In this document: positions 1 to 8,953 of the stretch, piece by piece
How positions within the stretch are numbered: the first letter of the stretch is position 1
Layout of the letters: every line of letters starts with the position of its first letter
Source: Oligoflexales bacterium
Lineage (GTDB): Bacteria; Bdellovibrionota_B; Oligoflexia; Oligoflexales; Bog-1112
Assembly: GCA_045105515.1 (NCBI GenBank)
Contig: JBGCDR010000096.1
Coordinates: 1 to 17,437, forward strand
DNA length: 17,437 nucleotides
Reading direction: 5' to 3'
Position numbers and translations under genes: made by a program
The notes under the pieces: model-generated
What the model was told of the DNA's origin: nothing
The model's input: the letters and a program-made list of their open reading frames with translations, nothing else
Databases searched by the model: none

Positions 1-135
1 CGCAGCTTCTTCAAAGTTAAGAGTCAGAATTGATAAGCTTCGTGATGAAATAGGTTACGCAGCAGCAGGTCTTTGGAACTATAAAATAACATAAATTAAG
101 CTACCAAAGGGTTTTATCAATTGTTAGACAACTCT
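1..135 (+). mobile_element. Probable right end of an IS5-family (ISL2/IS702-like, DDE_Tnp_4) insertion sequence
   Basis: Contains a transposase-like C-terminus (2..94), then about 40 nt ending TTGTTAGACAACTCT followed by A, reminiscent of the ...TCTA ends of this IS group. Similarity to the sigma54 activator starts abruptly at 136. Confidence 0.6.
2..94 (+). CDS. C-terminal fragment of a probable IS5-family transposase (partial, runs off the left edge)
   Basis: Frame from base 2 reads AASSKLRVRIDKLRDEIGYAAAGLWNYKIT* (TAA at 92-94). The R..R....D.+...A.GLWN pattern resembles the end of DDE_Tnp_4 transposases. Not in the supplied ORF track. Confidence 0.55.
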   Translation, partial: AASSKLRVRIDKLRDEIGYAAAGLWNYKIT

Positions 136-984
136 ACTGGAACGGGAAAAGAACTTGTAGCAAAAGCTGTTCACATGCTGTCCGGCAAGAGATCTAAAAA
201 ACCTATGATATCTGTAAATTGTGCCGCATTTTCTCAATCAATTCTGGAAGCTGAGTTATTTGGAGTTAGGAAAGGAGCCTTTACCGATGCAAAAGAAGAT
301 CGGAAAGGAATTTTTGAAGTAGCTGATCAATCTACACTGTTTCTTGATGAAATCAGCGACTTGCCTCTGAATCTTCAAAGCAAGTTATTGAGAGCAATTC
401 AGGAACAAGAAATTTATCCTGTTGGCTCTACGAAACCAATAAAAATAGATATAAGAATCATAGCAGCAACAAATAGTGATCTAAAAAGTGAGATAAAAAA
501 CGGTCGATTTCGACAAGACCTATACTATCGTCTTTCCGTGCTTACACTATATACTCGACCATTAAGGGAAAGGAAGGATGATATAAAAGAGCTGTCAAAT
601 TTTTTCCTCAATAAATTTTCGCAGAACTTCAAAATACAGCATTTACGATTCACAGATGCTCAGCATAAGGCCCTGCAAGGATACAGTTGGCCAGGAAATG
701 TGAGAGAATTGAGAAATGTAATTGAACGATCTGTGTTAATGTCTGACGATAACTTGATTCTTAAGATGGAAAATGAAGAGGATGCTGTATCAGAGTTTGC
801 TCACCCAAAGCAAATCAATAAGTCTTTAAATTACACTGATTTTAAACTTAAAAGCGAACATGCGTATTTAAAAATGTTAATGGAGGCTTCGAAAGAAAAT
901 TTTGCAGAGGCTGCTCGAATTTCTGGCTTGCATAGGCCATCTATTTATAGAATGTTGAAAAGGGTTAAAGATATAAAGTATTAA
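136..984 (+). pseudogene. 3' part of a sigma54-dependent (NtrC/Fis-family) enhancer-binding protein, 5' end missing
   Basis: TGTGKE (Walker A lacking its first Gly), VNCAA, ELFG, GAFTDA, LFLDEI, RIIAATN, FRQDLYYRL, WPGNVREL and a C-terminal Fis-type HTH (AEAARISGLHRPSIYRMLK). There is no N-terminal strand or sensor domain, and the TTG at 121 lies in the putative IS end. Confidence 0.8.
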
Positions 985-1054
985 AATAAAATGAAAAGAT
1001 AGTGAATTTTAAGCTTTGCTCTTCAATTTAGGCTGCACTAAGCTCTATCAGGGC

Positions 1055-1090
1055 AAAATAAAAAAAACCTACCTAAAAGTAGGTAGGTTT
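1055..1090 (-). terminator. Intrinsic terminator between convergent genes (best oriented for the lipase gene, possibly bidirectional)
   Basis: Perfect 11-bp stem AAACCTACCTA (1065-1075) / TAGGTAGGTTT (1080-1090) with a 4-nt loop. The A-tract at 1055-1064 gives a U-tail on the minus strand. Confidence 0.8.
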
Positions 1091-1130
1091 ATAAAAACGA
1101 CTTTTATGTAGGTAAAACTCGAAGCAGGAG

Positions 1131-2054
1131 TCAGAAGCCTTTTCGTGCTAGTTCACTGGCAATTTTTTGGAAAAATAACAGATGCCTATATTTTGGCGAA
1201 GTAGCTCCCCACCAAAATCCAACCTGATCCAGGTGATCAGCGGGGATCATTCCTCTATAGTGTCCCCATCTGGCTGAATCCACTGTCACAAGACCATCAT
1301 TATTTCCGTTTCGCTTTTTTAATATCCAGTATGGTAAAAAGAAAAGCGGTCCTACCTTATCAGCCTTGCTGGAACCTTTTTCTGCCCGTGCTGATGTTAC
1401 CCCCGCCCAGGACTGATAATAGACGGCAGCATTGTTGGCAATCCGCTCGTTAAATGTCGTTAAAAATTTCTCAGAATTATTGGAAATTGCTTCCAAGGCC
1501 TTAGCAATCAAGCCTTTCTTTTTAGGGACTCCAATTAGATTAAGTACAGCTTCACGAACTTTTTTGTGGGCACCGAAGGCCTTAACCACGATATCAGCAA
1601 TATAAGACCCACGATTAGGGGTAGAAATCATGGATACGCTTGCAACTTTATCTTCATAGCCAAGCTCCGACACCAAATACCGAGAATCAAGCCCACCCAT
1701 GGAGTGAGCAATGATATTCACCTTATTTTTACCGGTAATACGCAAAATCTCATCAATTTGTGCTCCAAGTTGTTTGGACCGCTCAGCAATGCTACCTATA
1801 GGATTAACCTTGGTGACAAAAACTTCGTATCCCAGGTTTCTTAAGGTTTCAGGCACTTTGTAAAAATACTCCAAAATGAGTATCTTTTTAAAACCAAACA
1901 CACCATGATGTAGGATTATTGGATAATGCGACGCATAGGTAACTTCACTTTGGTTTAATCCAACCTGTTCGCTTAAAAATTCTGATTTCGATAAGGCTAT
2001 TTTGGTGACGCCGAGAAGCATCATTAATGCAAAAATAATTCGTGCTCGTCCCAT
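1131..2054 (-). CDS. Secreted triacylglycerol lipase/esterase (alpha/beta hydrolase)
   Basis: YPIILHHG oxyanion region, AHSMGG nucleophile elbow, ISTPNRGS, NDGLV (Asp) and DHLDQVG (His). ATG at 2054 is preferred over 2096 because it follows GGAAAAGGGG and begins a signal-peptide-like segment (MGRARIIFALMMLLGV). Confidence 0.9.
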   Translation of the reverse strand: MGRARIIFALMMLLGVTKIALSKSEFLSEQVGLNQSEVTYASHYPIILHHGVFGFKKILILEYFYKVPETLRNLGYEVFVTKVNPIGSIAERSKQLGAQIDEILRITGKNKVNIIAHSMGGLDSRYLVSELGYEDKVASVSMISTPNRGSYIADIVVKAFGAHKKVREAVLNLIGVPKKKGLIAKALEAISNNSEKFLTTFNERIANNAAVYYQSWAGVTSARAEKGSSKADKVGPLFFLPYWILKKRNGNNDGLVTVDSARWGHYRGMIPADHLDQVGFWWGATSPKYRHLLFFQKIASELARKGF

Positions 2055-2280
2055 AGGTATCCCCTTTTCCACAAGACACGGAGCGAAGCCTGGCATGCCG
2101 GTTCTTCACAAACCAGCTAATCGCTCTTTGCCGAAAATTAATTAGATTTTAATTTATTCAAACATACCAAAGGCTAATGGTATTAGCAATAATCCGAGAC
2201 TTATTTTTTCCATTGATTTCAGGAAGATACATACTTTCTACGAAGTATTTAATATGGCATATCATTGTATGGTATTTGAC

Positions 2281-3150
2281 TTACCTTCTGTAATTTAAGC
2301 GAAATTGTTGTTGTAGAGTCAAAGAGAAAGAGCCTGGTTTACCCATAGATACCATAATCCCGCCCACCATTGTAACTGGCAGAACTTCTGACAAAGTACC
2401 TGCAAGAAATACCTCGTCAGCGGCAAGGAGCTGTGATTTTGAAAAGTGCTCTAAGCAAACTGGCAAGTCCAGCTCAGCGCATATACTCAGAACCAATTTC
2501 CGAGTGATACTTGGAAGAATTTGATTCGTTAAAGGTGCTGCAAATACCTTGCCATCTTTTACCATAAACACACTTGAATGAGGAGCCTCAGTAATCAGAT
2601 CGTTTTCATCATAAAAAATGGCTTCATCAAATCCTGACTCTTTGGCTTCCATCAATGCCAAAACATTGCCAAGGAGATTTACAGTCTTGATATCACACCT
2701 TCGCCATCTAATCTCGGGATGTAAGTAAGCTTTAACACCAACTTTACGTAAATCAACGTAAGGATCGAGGGGAGTTTCTTTACAAAAAATTAAGCAATTT
2801 GGTTCGAGAGGCTTAGTTGGGACATGAACTCGTTCACCAGTTCCTCTAGAAATCTGAATGTAAATCATCCCATGTTTCAGCTGCGACGCCGACAACAAAT
2901 CAAGGATACGTTCTTTTAATAACCTAGAATTATAGGTAATTTTAATCTCTTTTAAGCTTCTTTCCAGCCGTAGCATATGCTGATCCAGCATCACTGCTTG
3001 CTGATTGCAAACCTTAACAACTTCATAAACTGCATCACCAAAGAGAAAGGCCCTATCTAAGGCAGGTATCATCAAGGTTTCTAAGTTAGATTTTTCTCCA
3101 TTCCAACTAGCATGGATCACAGGCAAGCTCCTTTGTCTTTTGGGTATCAT
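2281..3150 (-). CDS. dat: PLP-dependent class IV aminotransferase, most like D-amino-acid (D-alanine) aminotransferase
   Basis: DRAFLFGDAVYEVV, H..RL..S, IYIQISRG, RWRRCDIKTVNLLGNVLA (PLP lysine, D-AAT-type context), ILPSITR and ADEVFL. Confidence 0.8.
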   Translation of the reverse strand: MIPKRQRSLPVIHASWNGEKSNLETLMIPALDRAFLFGDAVYEVVKVCNQQAVMLDQHMLRLERSLKEIKITYNSRLLKERILDLLSASQLKHGMIYIQISRGTGERVHVPTKPLEPNCLIFCKETPLDPYVDLRKVGVKAYLHPEIRWRRCDIKTVNLLGNVLALMEAKESGFDEAIFYDENDLITEAPHSSVFMVKDGKVFAAPLTNQILPSITRKLVLSICAELDLPVCLEHFSKSQLLAADEVFLAGTLSEVLPVTMVGGIMVSMGKPGSFSLTLQQQFRLNYRR

Positions 3151-3186
3151 TCTGATAGCTGCTGGCTGTAGGATGTCACCAGGAAA

Positions 3187-6100
3187 TTACTTTCGTATCA
3201 AGCTTTTTTTGATTTCTTCGAGGACAAGACCTTCTTGCTCGATCAGGTCATGGACAAAACAGAATATAGGATTCAAGCTAGGTTTCGCTCTTTGAAGTTG
3301 AAAGTAATAATCAATTACTTCATCAGCAGCCTGATCACCTGGAGCAAAGCAGCTTATATCCTTAATGCATAGGGACTTACCATCAAAACCAGGCTTTTTA
3401 TGACTAAGGATAAGGTCCACAGCATATTTAGGATTGCCAACAGTCTCACTATACTGAGCATGGAAGTTCTTCTTAATTAAGTCTTCTTGCAGCTCTCCTG
3501 AATCTCTATCCCAAAGAAACTTCACAAGTGAAAGCATCAGCTGACCACTTCCGCGATTAATTGGATGATCTTCTGTGGGCTCCTCTCTACGCATCTGCAT
3601 TTTAACGGCTTCTTCTTCATTCTGATTACCTTGAAAGGTACTCCACAAATAGTCTGATATAGAAGCTTTACCATGTGCTAAGTCACCAAAATTTTGATGG
3701 AGATAGTGGTATGCGCGCACTTTAGGCCGACTCATCAAAACATTTAGCTCACCTTTTCGTTTACTTTCATCATCCCCTTGCTTAAATGAAGCAAAATTGC
3801 CTTTGTAGCAGTCCCAGAAATAGAAAATAAAATCGCGTTCCTTTCCTTGCAAAGCAGCGCCAGCACCACTTAATATATCTCGTCCACGCTTCAATTTAGC
3901 TAGAAATTTTGATTTATTGTCATCGAAGTAAGCATTGTTTTTGAGCAAGAAATAGCAAATAGCCACATCTGTCTCTACGTTCACCTTCTTACCGAATTGT
4001 CTTTCAATTTGTTTAATTTCTTGGACAATAAACTCAAGAAAACGCTCGATCATATCAACATCAAGCCCCTTATAAGGACCTGAACTTGGTTTCTTACCTG
4101 CTTCTGCTTCCTTTTCACTATAATCAACGTACACTGCAGGGTAAGCGCCTTTTTTAAGCCACTGCATAATCTTAAGTTGGTCATTATAAACATACCGATT
4201 TGAATAAGAGATTATATCAGGAGGACAGCGGTAATGTTCATCCAGAAGCACCGAAGCTTGTTGAATATTCTTAAGCAAACCAAAAATATGGGAACCACCT
4301 CCCTTGATACTTGTGGCCTGAGCAGCTGCAAGATGCTCAGCAAGGTTAAACTCTTTGTAGAGGTAGTCATCCACTGCAGACTCTTTAGAAAGGACTGTCT
4401 GCTTATCATCACCTACGACCATGAGTTTCTCTGCTCTCAGTAGGAGGGGCAGCGTATCTTCAACACGACACTGAGTGGCTTCGTCGACAACAATTAAGTG
4501 AACTGACTTTTCTTTACAAGGCATAAGCAAAGGAACCACTTGTTTTCTGCAAACCCAGATTGGATAAGCTTCCCAAAGGCTTTCTTGCAACTGTGTTAAA
4601 GCATCTTGGCAACTTGCCAAATTTGGTGCTGCAGCAACTTGATCGCACAAAAAACTAATTTTTGTTTTTAGCGGGGTACGATCTCCCGTAAGAGTGCTGC
4701 TGAGAGTTTGACCTATGGTACCCAGGGCTTGAAAGACTTTTTCAGTAACCAAATGATCTTTCTTTTTTTGCAGCTGACTCAGTTCATTCAGTAGTTGAAA
4801 AGGAGTTTTACGATAAGCTCTGGGTTCCTGTCTTTTTAGCTTTTTCTTTAAGGCAATTTTATAGAGGCATAATTCAAGAACTAAAGGAAAAGGCTCAGTA
4901 TGTGGATTAGGATCTAAAAAACGGTGAACTTTTTTAAATTCCTTTTTAATGGCATGCTCAAGAGGCTCTAGGGCATTTATAAGAAATTTATGTTCAAGCA
5001 TTTTTTCGTTTAGCAATTGTACATTCCGATGCAAAGGATACTTAAAACCTCTTTTAAGTTTTTCTTTGAAGGCCTTGAACCATGACTGATTCGGGGGGCT
5101 CAACTCGTTGAATAAATCTGCAAAGACTTTAGTGAGGTATTCATTTCCCAGCTCGGTGAGAGCATCAATTAACTCTTCACAATTTGTTGGTCTTAGGGTT
5201 TCAATAGTCATTATAGCTTTTTCTAGAATTTCAAAACTATGCTTTTGCTCGCTACCAGAAAAATTAAATTGAAAATAACGGTAATATGGTTTGCCTTCTT
5301 CCGTGCACAACCAATTACGCAACTTTATAAATCGTTCCGCAACCTCGACACCCGTCGTTTTTTTCTTGGTATAAGCATCGCGAAAAGACGAATCTAAAAA
5401 CTCAATAAAGCTCAGGAGATCATCAATATCCTTACGACTAGAAGGCTGCCCTCTTCTGGTTGCGGAACCGATCATTGCAGTTACTTCAGGATTGAGCTGA
5501 TCTTCCAAGAGTTCACCAAGCTCTTGTTTTACCTGCGTCCACTTATCGAGAATCTTCTCAAATTCCTGATCAATATCTTTAATTTTTGATGATTTTGGCC
5601 TTGGAGCAACTTCTGAGTCCAGGACTAATTGACTTTTTATTCTTTTCATCAGACCATCAAGGTTAAAAGAATCTTCTGGCAACTCTCCAATGCAAGGAAG
5701 GCAGCTCGTCCACAGCAGCTTCATTTCTTCTTTTTCACTTTCAGACTTTGCATAAGACAAAAAATACTCATGGAGTTTATCTACCAGGGCTTCTACTGCC
5801 GAAGCCCGATCACTGACCACCATCAGTCTTTTACCACTGCATAGAGCATCTATAACTAAGTTACGAATAGTATGGGTTTTACCAGTACCTGGAGGTCCTT
5901 CTAAAACTACCAGGTCATAAAGAGCAAGTCGGTTCATTAATTTCTTCATGCTTGGAGGGAGTGCTCCTGGCATCCAAGCTGCCTCGGGTTTGGGAGCTTC
6001 TTTGGACTCAAACGTCGATTGACCTTGAAGAAATAAACCTAAGAGAGAAGCATCAAAGCGGGGAATTTCATCCAGTGCTAGCTGCCAAATCTGATTAAGG

Positions 6101-7506
6101 TCAGTTTCTAGGGCCTGAGAAAGGACACTCAGATGCTTTTTACTTTTATAAAGGAAGACATCTTCAATATCACATTCAATGCCAATAACTTTCAAATCTG
6201 CAAGGATTCCCCGTTTGCCATCAGCACCAGCATCCCCCATAAGAATTTCTCTAGTTCGGGTAAAATACTCCTCGGCAACAGGAAAGCTGCGAGATAAGTA
6301 GACACGACTAATCTTTCCTCCAACCTCCATGTTCTGAGCCAATAGCGTCGAGAAAAATTGCTCGAGATTGTCTTTACTTGTCGATTTATTAAAAGTTTCC
6401 ACCAGATTAGCGAGTGCAAGATGATTAAGGTAAAACCTTCCGTCTTCAACTGGTTCAATATAAAGGATCCTATTTGCCTGCTTAAGTCCAACCTTCATAT
6501 AGTACAAGGGAAAGGTAAAGGACTTAAACTTTTTATCCTTCTTAAAGACTGCTTGTACCATTTCAAAACCAAGATAAAACTCGCTTTCCGCATCATTTAA
6601 GAAGTTTTTTCTCAGATTAGCAATTTCATCTGGATTAAACTCGCATTCGAGTGGATTCCCATCAAACTGCTTGACGGTCGAAGTTGTTAGAGTGAGTGGA
6701 TATTGGGAAACCGGACTGGTGCTAATTAGTTTTTCTTCTTTTTTTAAAGGGCTCTTACCAGCATGTGCTTGAGCTTGTAGGAGTGTTTCATAATTGACCT
6801 CATAGGGGCTACTTCCCGACCTCGCTCCTAATTTTGTTTCGAAATTTTTGACAGTTCCTGTCTTTTTTGTTGAAGCTTTTGTCCCCGAAGTTGGCAGAGG
6901 TGGCAACTTTGCCCCTTTCTTTAAGCTTGGGAGCTTCTGCTGTGGGACATCTCCTTCTTTTGCCAAACGTGGAGAATAGGAACTTATATGACTGAGAATT
7001 TCTTTACGCAGGGCTAAGTCACTATTCATGCTTTCCTGATTATCGATAAAAGTAAACTGAAATATCTTATGATAAGCAATAATACGATTTAATAGATCAT
7101 GAGGTTCCTTTAAATCTTTGTGATACAAAAGCTCAGCTAACTTGCCTAGTGATTTCTTGCTTATAGTCACAAAGCCAGTGGACGGTGTTCTAGGTGCTAT
7201 GTCATTGATGACAAATAACTCTGAATCATGACGATCTTGGTGAAACGAATATTTTTGCGTTTGTTTGTAGGAAAGGTACCGTATGCTGGCCGTTTTTTTT
7301 TCATCGGTAGCAAAATCTCTGACAAATGCACGAAACTTTTCAAATATAAACTTTTGTATCACAATTGCTTGGCGTTTGCTGAGATTTTCGAGAACAAAGA
7401 ATGCAAATCCAGCTTCGTCATGATTCTTAGTCAGCTGAAAGTTGGAAGCTCGATCAATCCTCATGGAAACTTTCTGCACTTTTTTCGATTTCTTCCAAAA
7501 ATTCAT
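3187..7506 (-). CDS. 1439-aa superfamily 1 (Upf1/DNA2-like, AAA_11/AAA_12) helicase with DUF4011-like region and degenerate C-terminal REase-like domain
   Basis: GPPGTGKT (5875-5898), IVVDEATQ (D at 4483-4485), VVGDDKQ, LDEHYRC, II.YSN.YVY, QGKERD and NVLMSR. The DUF4011-like and REase-like assignments are by-eye inferences. Confidence 0.85.
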   Translation of the reverse strand: MNFWKKSKKVQKVSMRIDRASNFQLTKNHDEAGFAFFVLENLSKRQAIVIQKFIFEKFRAFVRDFATDEKKTASIRYLSYKQTQKYSFHQDRHDSELFVINDIAPRTPSTGFVTISKKSLGKLAELLYHKDLKEPHDLLNRIIAYHKIFQFTFIDNQESMNSDLALRKEILSHISSYSPRLAKEGDVPQQKLPSLKKGAKLPPLPTSGTKASTKKTGTVKNFETKLGARSGSSPYEVNYETLLQAQAHAGKSPLKKEEKLISTSPVSQYPLTLTTSTVKQFDGNPLECEFNPDEIANLRKNFLNDAESEFYLGFEMVQAVFKKDKKFKSFTFPLYYMKVGLKQANRILYIEPVEDGRFYLNHLALANLVETFNKSTSKDNLEQFFSTLLAQNMEVGGKISRVYLSRSFPVAEEYFTRTREILMGDAGADGKRGILADLKVIGIECDIEDVFLYKSKKHLSVLSQALETDLNQIWQLALDEIPRFDASLLGLFLQGQSTFESKEAPKPEAAWMPGALPPSMKKLMNRLALYDLVVLEGPPGTGKTHTIRNLVIDALCSGKRLMVVSDRASAVEALVDKLHEYFLSYAKSESEKEEMKLLWTSCLPCIGELPEDSFNLDGLMKRIKSQLVLDSEVAPRPKSSKIKDIDQEFEKILDKWTQVKQELGELLEDQLNPEVTAMIGSATRRGQPSSRKDIDDLLSFIEFLDSSFRDAYTKKKTTGVEVAERFIKLRNWLCTEEGKPYYRYFQFNFSGSEQKHSFEILEKAIMTIETLRPTNCEELIDALTELGNEYLTKVFADLFNELSPPNQSWFKAFKEKLKRGFKYPLHRNVQLLNEKMLEHKFLINALEPLEHAIKKEFKKVHRFLDPNPHTEPFPLVLELCLYKIALKKKLKRQEPRAYRKTPFQLLNELSQLQKKKDHLVTEKVFQALGTIGQTLSSTLTGDRTPLKTKISFLCDQVAAAPNLASCQDALTQLQESLWEAYPIWVCRKQVVPLLMPCKEKSVHLIVVDEATQCRVEDTLPLLLRAEKLMVVGDDKQTVLSKESAVDDYLYKEFNLAEHLAAAQATSIKGGGSHIFGLLKNIQQASVLLDEHYRCPPDIISYSNRYVYNDQLKIMQWLKKGAYPAVYVDYSEKEAEAGKKPSSGPYKGLDVDMIERFLEFIVQEIKQIERQFGKKVNVETDVAICYFLLKNNAYFDDNKSKFLAKLKRGRDILSGAGAALQGKERDFIFYFWDCYKGNFASFKQGDDESKRKGELNVLMSRPKVRAYHYLHQNFGDLAHGKASISDYLWSTFQGNQNEEEAVKMQMRREEPTEDHPINRGSGQLMLSLVKFLWDRDSGELQEDLIKKNFHAQYSETVGNPKYAVDLILSHKKPGFDGKSLCIKDISCFAPGDQAADEVIDYYFQLQRAKPSLNPIFCFVHDLIEQEGLVLEEIKKSLIRK

Positions 7507-7536
7507 AAACTTACCTAAACCCTATTTTCCGTTGTC

Positions 7537-8175
7537 CTAGTGGACTAAAATTGAAACTCTTCTATTTGCTGCTCTAGCTTGTTCTAGACGCTTATCTTTT
7601 TTACCAGCTATACTTACCTTTGGTCTTGTTGCAGCATAACCAACTATCCGTAGACGATTTTCTTCAAAACCAAACGCGATTAAGTGATGCAAAACAGAAC
7701 TTGCTCTCAGACCACTCAGGGACCAGTTAGTTTCTAGTAACTTCTCCCGGTAACGATAAAGCCCCTGATCATCGGTATGCCCTTCCACATCGAGGATATA
7801 CTTGGTGCCTTTTATTCGGCTAAGAATTGGTCCGAGAGGAGCTAGACCGTCCTCTCGGACAATAGCCGAACTCACCTCAAACAAGGCTGTAGTTTCCATG
7901 TTGATACGAACTCCATCTGAATCATAACTAATATTTACATCCTTAATGTCCTTTGCTATATCCTTAAGATCATCAGCTAATTCCACGAGACTACCTGCAG
8001 AAACACCAGTTAACTCTGTTCTCACCCGTTCAAAAGATCCAACATCAACCTTACTAATACTGTGAATCAACACAAAAAAGCAGCATAAGATCACCATCAA
8101 ATCGCCAAAGCTCATATAAAATGAGCTCGCTCCCAATTCTTCTCGATCTCGATCAACTAGCTCTGCCATCCTCAT
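7537..8175 (-). CDS. MotB/PomB/ZorB-like stator B subunit with OmpA-type peptidoglycan-binding domain
   Basis: TM segment SFGDLMVILCCFFVLI with the conserved ion-binding Asp, plug-like SKVDVGSFERV, EGHTDD, NWSLSGLRASSV, GYAATRP and NRRVSI. ATG at 8175 (1 nt after the upstream stop, GGAAGG upstream) is preferred over TTG 8208. Confidence 0.88.
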   Translation of the reverse strand: MRMAELVDRDREELGASSFYMSFGDLMVILCCFFVLIHSISKVDVGSFERVRTELTGVSAGSLVELADDLKDIAKDIKDVNISYDSDGVRINMETTALFEVSSAIVREDGLAPLGPILSRIKGTKYILDVEGHTDDQGLYRYREKLLETNWSLSGLRASSVLHHLIAFGFEENRLRIVGYAATRPKVSIAGKKDKRLEQARAANRRVSILVH

Positions 8176-8176
8176 A

Positions 8177-8953
8177 TTATGCAACCTTCCCAAGCTTGCC
8201 TTTTTCAATGCTACGTTCGAAACGTTTAATCAGTATCGCAACTTTGCTGAGAAGCTGTCGGTGGGTTTCCACAAATTGTTCATTGCTTTGTTCTACCCTT
8301 CCTGCAAGGGGACTAATAACCAGAGAGGACAAACCTGAGCCGTAAGCTGTCGTCAGTAAAGCAAGGGACATTGAGGGCCCAATTAACGTTGGATCACTAA
8401 GGGATTTAAGCAAGGTAACCAGACCGATCACGGTACCAAAAAGCCCTAGAGAAGGAGCGAGAACACTAGCTCTTTGCAGAATGACAACACTGGTCCTGCG
8501 TCTGAAAAATAAGTCCTGCACCCGAGAAGTAATAAATTCATCGATTTCTTCAAAGCTCAAATACTGCTTGACCATGTACACACAATCGTTAAGTATCTCA
8601 CCATTGATCTCAGTTGCTTCTCTCAATTCAGTTATATCGATCTGATTAACGATTGCATGGTCCAATTGTGATAGCGTTTCCAACATTTCTTTCTCTGGCT
8701 TGCCTCGGAACGACTGCAAAACATCAATCATACAGCGCCAGCAAGAAGCAAAATCATATTGAATGATTAGACTGGCTGTGGTTCCACCTGCCACAATGAT
8801 CAAACTTTTAAGATCCCAGAAAACCCTAAGATCTGCTCCGCCTGTAATCACATAAATCAAGTAACTTAGTAAGCCAGTTCCGACTAAAAAAGCCAATGGA
8901 TCAAATCGCTTTCGAGACGTATGAATGTATTTCTTCTGTTTTAAACCTTCCAT
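8177..8953 (-). CDS. MotA/PomA-like stator A subunit (MotA/TolQ/ExbB family)
   Basis: N-terminal TM pair with D..SLIIVAGGT, and C-terminal TM pair APSLGLFGTVIGLV...LSDP..IGPSMSLALLTTAYG...PLA. The 258-aa length is that of a stator subunit without a long tail. Confidence 0.88.
   Translation of the reverse strand: MEGLKQKKYIHTSRKRFDPLAFLVGTGLLSYLIYVITGGADLRVFWDLKSLIIVAGGTTASLIIQYDFASCWRCMIDVLQSFRGKPEKEMLETLSQLDHAIVNQIDITELREATEINGEILNDCVYMVKQYLSFEEIDEFITSRVQDLFFRRRTSVVILQRASVLAPSLGLFGTVIGLVTLLKSLSDPTLIGPSMSLALLTTAYGSGLSSLVISPLAGRVEQSNEQFVETHRQLLSKVAILIKRFERSIEKGKLGKVA

Noticed and set aside
271..291. GAFTDA instead of GAFTGA as a sign of sigma54 independence
   Set aside because: GAFTDA is a common natural variant in enhancer-binding proteins.
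7537..8953. Naming the pair motA/motB or zorA/zorB
   Set aside because: No FliG-contact motif or flagellar context for motAB, and no long ZorA tail or ZorC/D/E/F/G partner for Zorya, so symbols are withheld.
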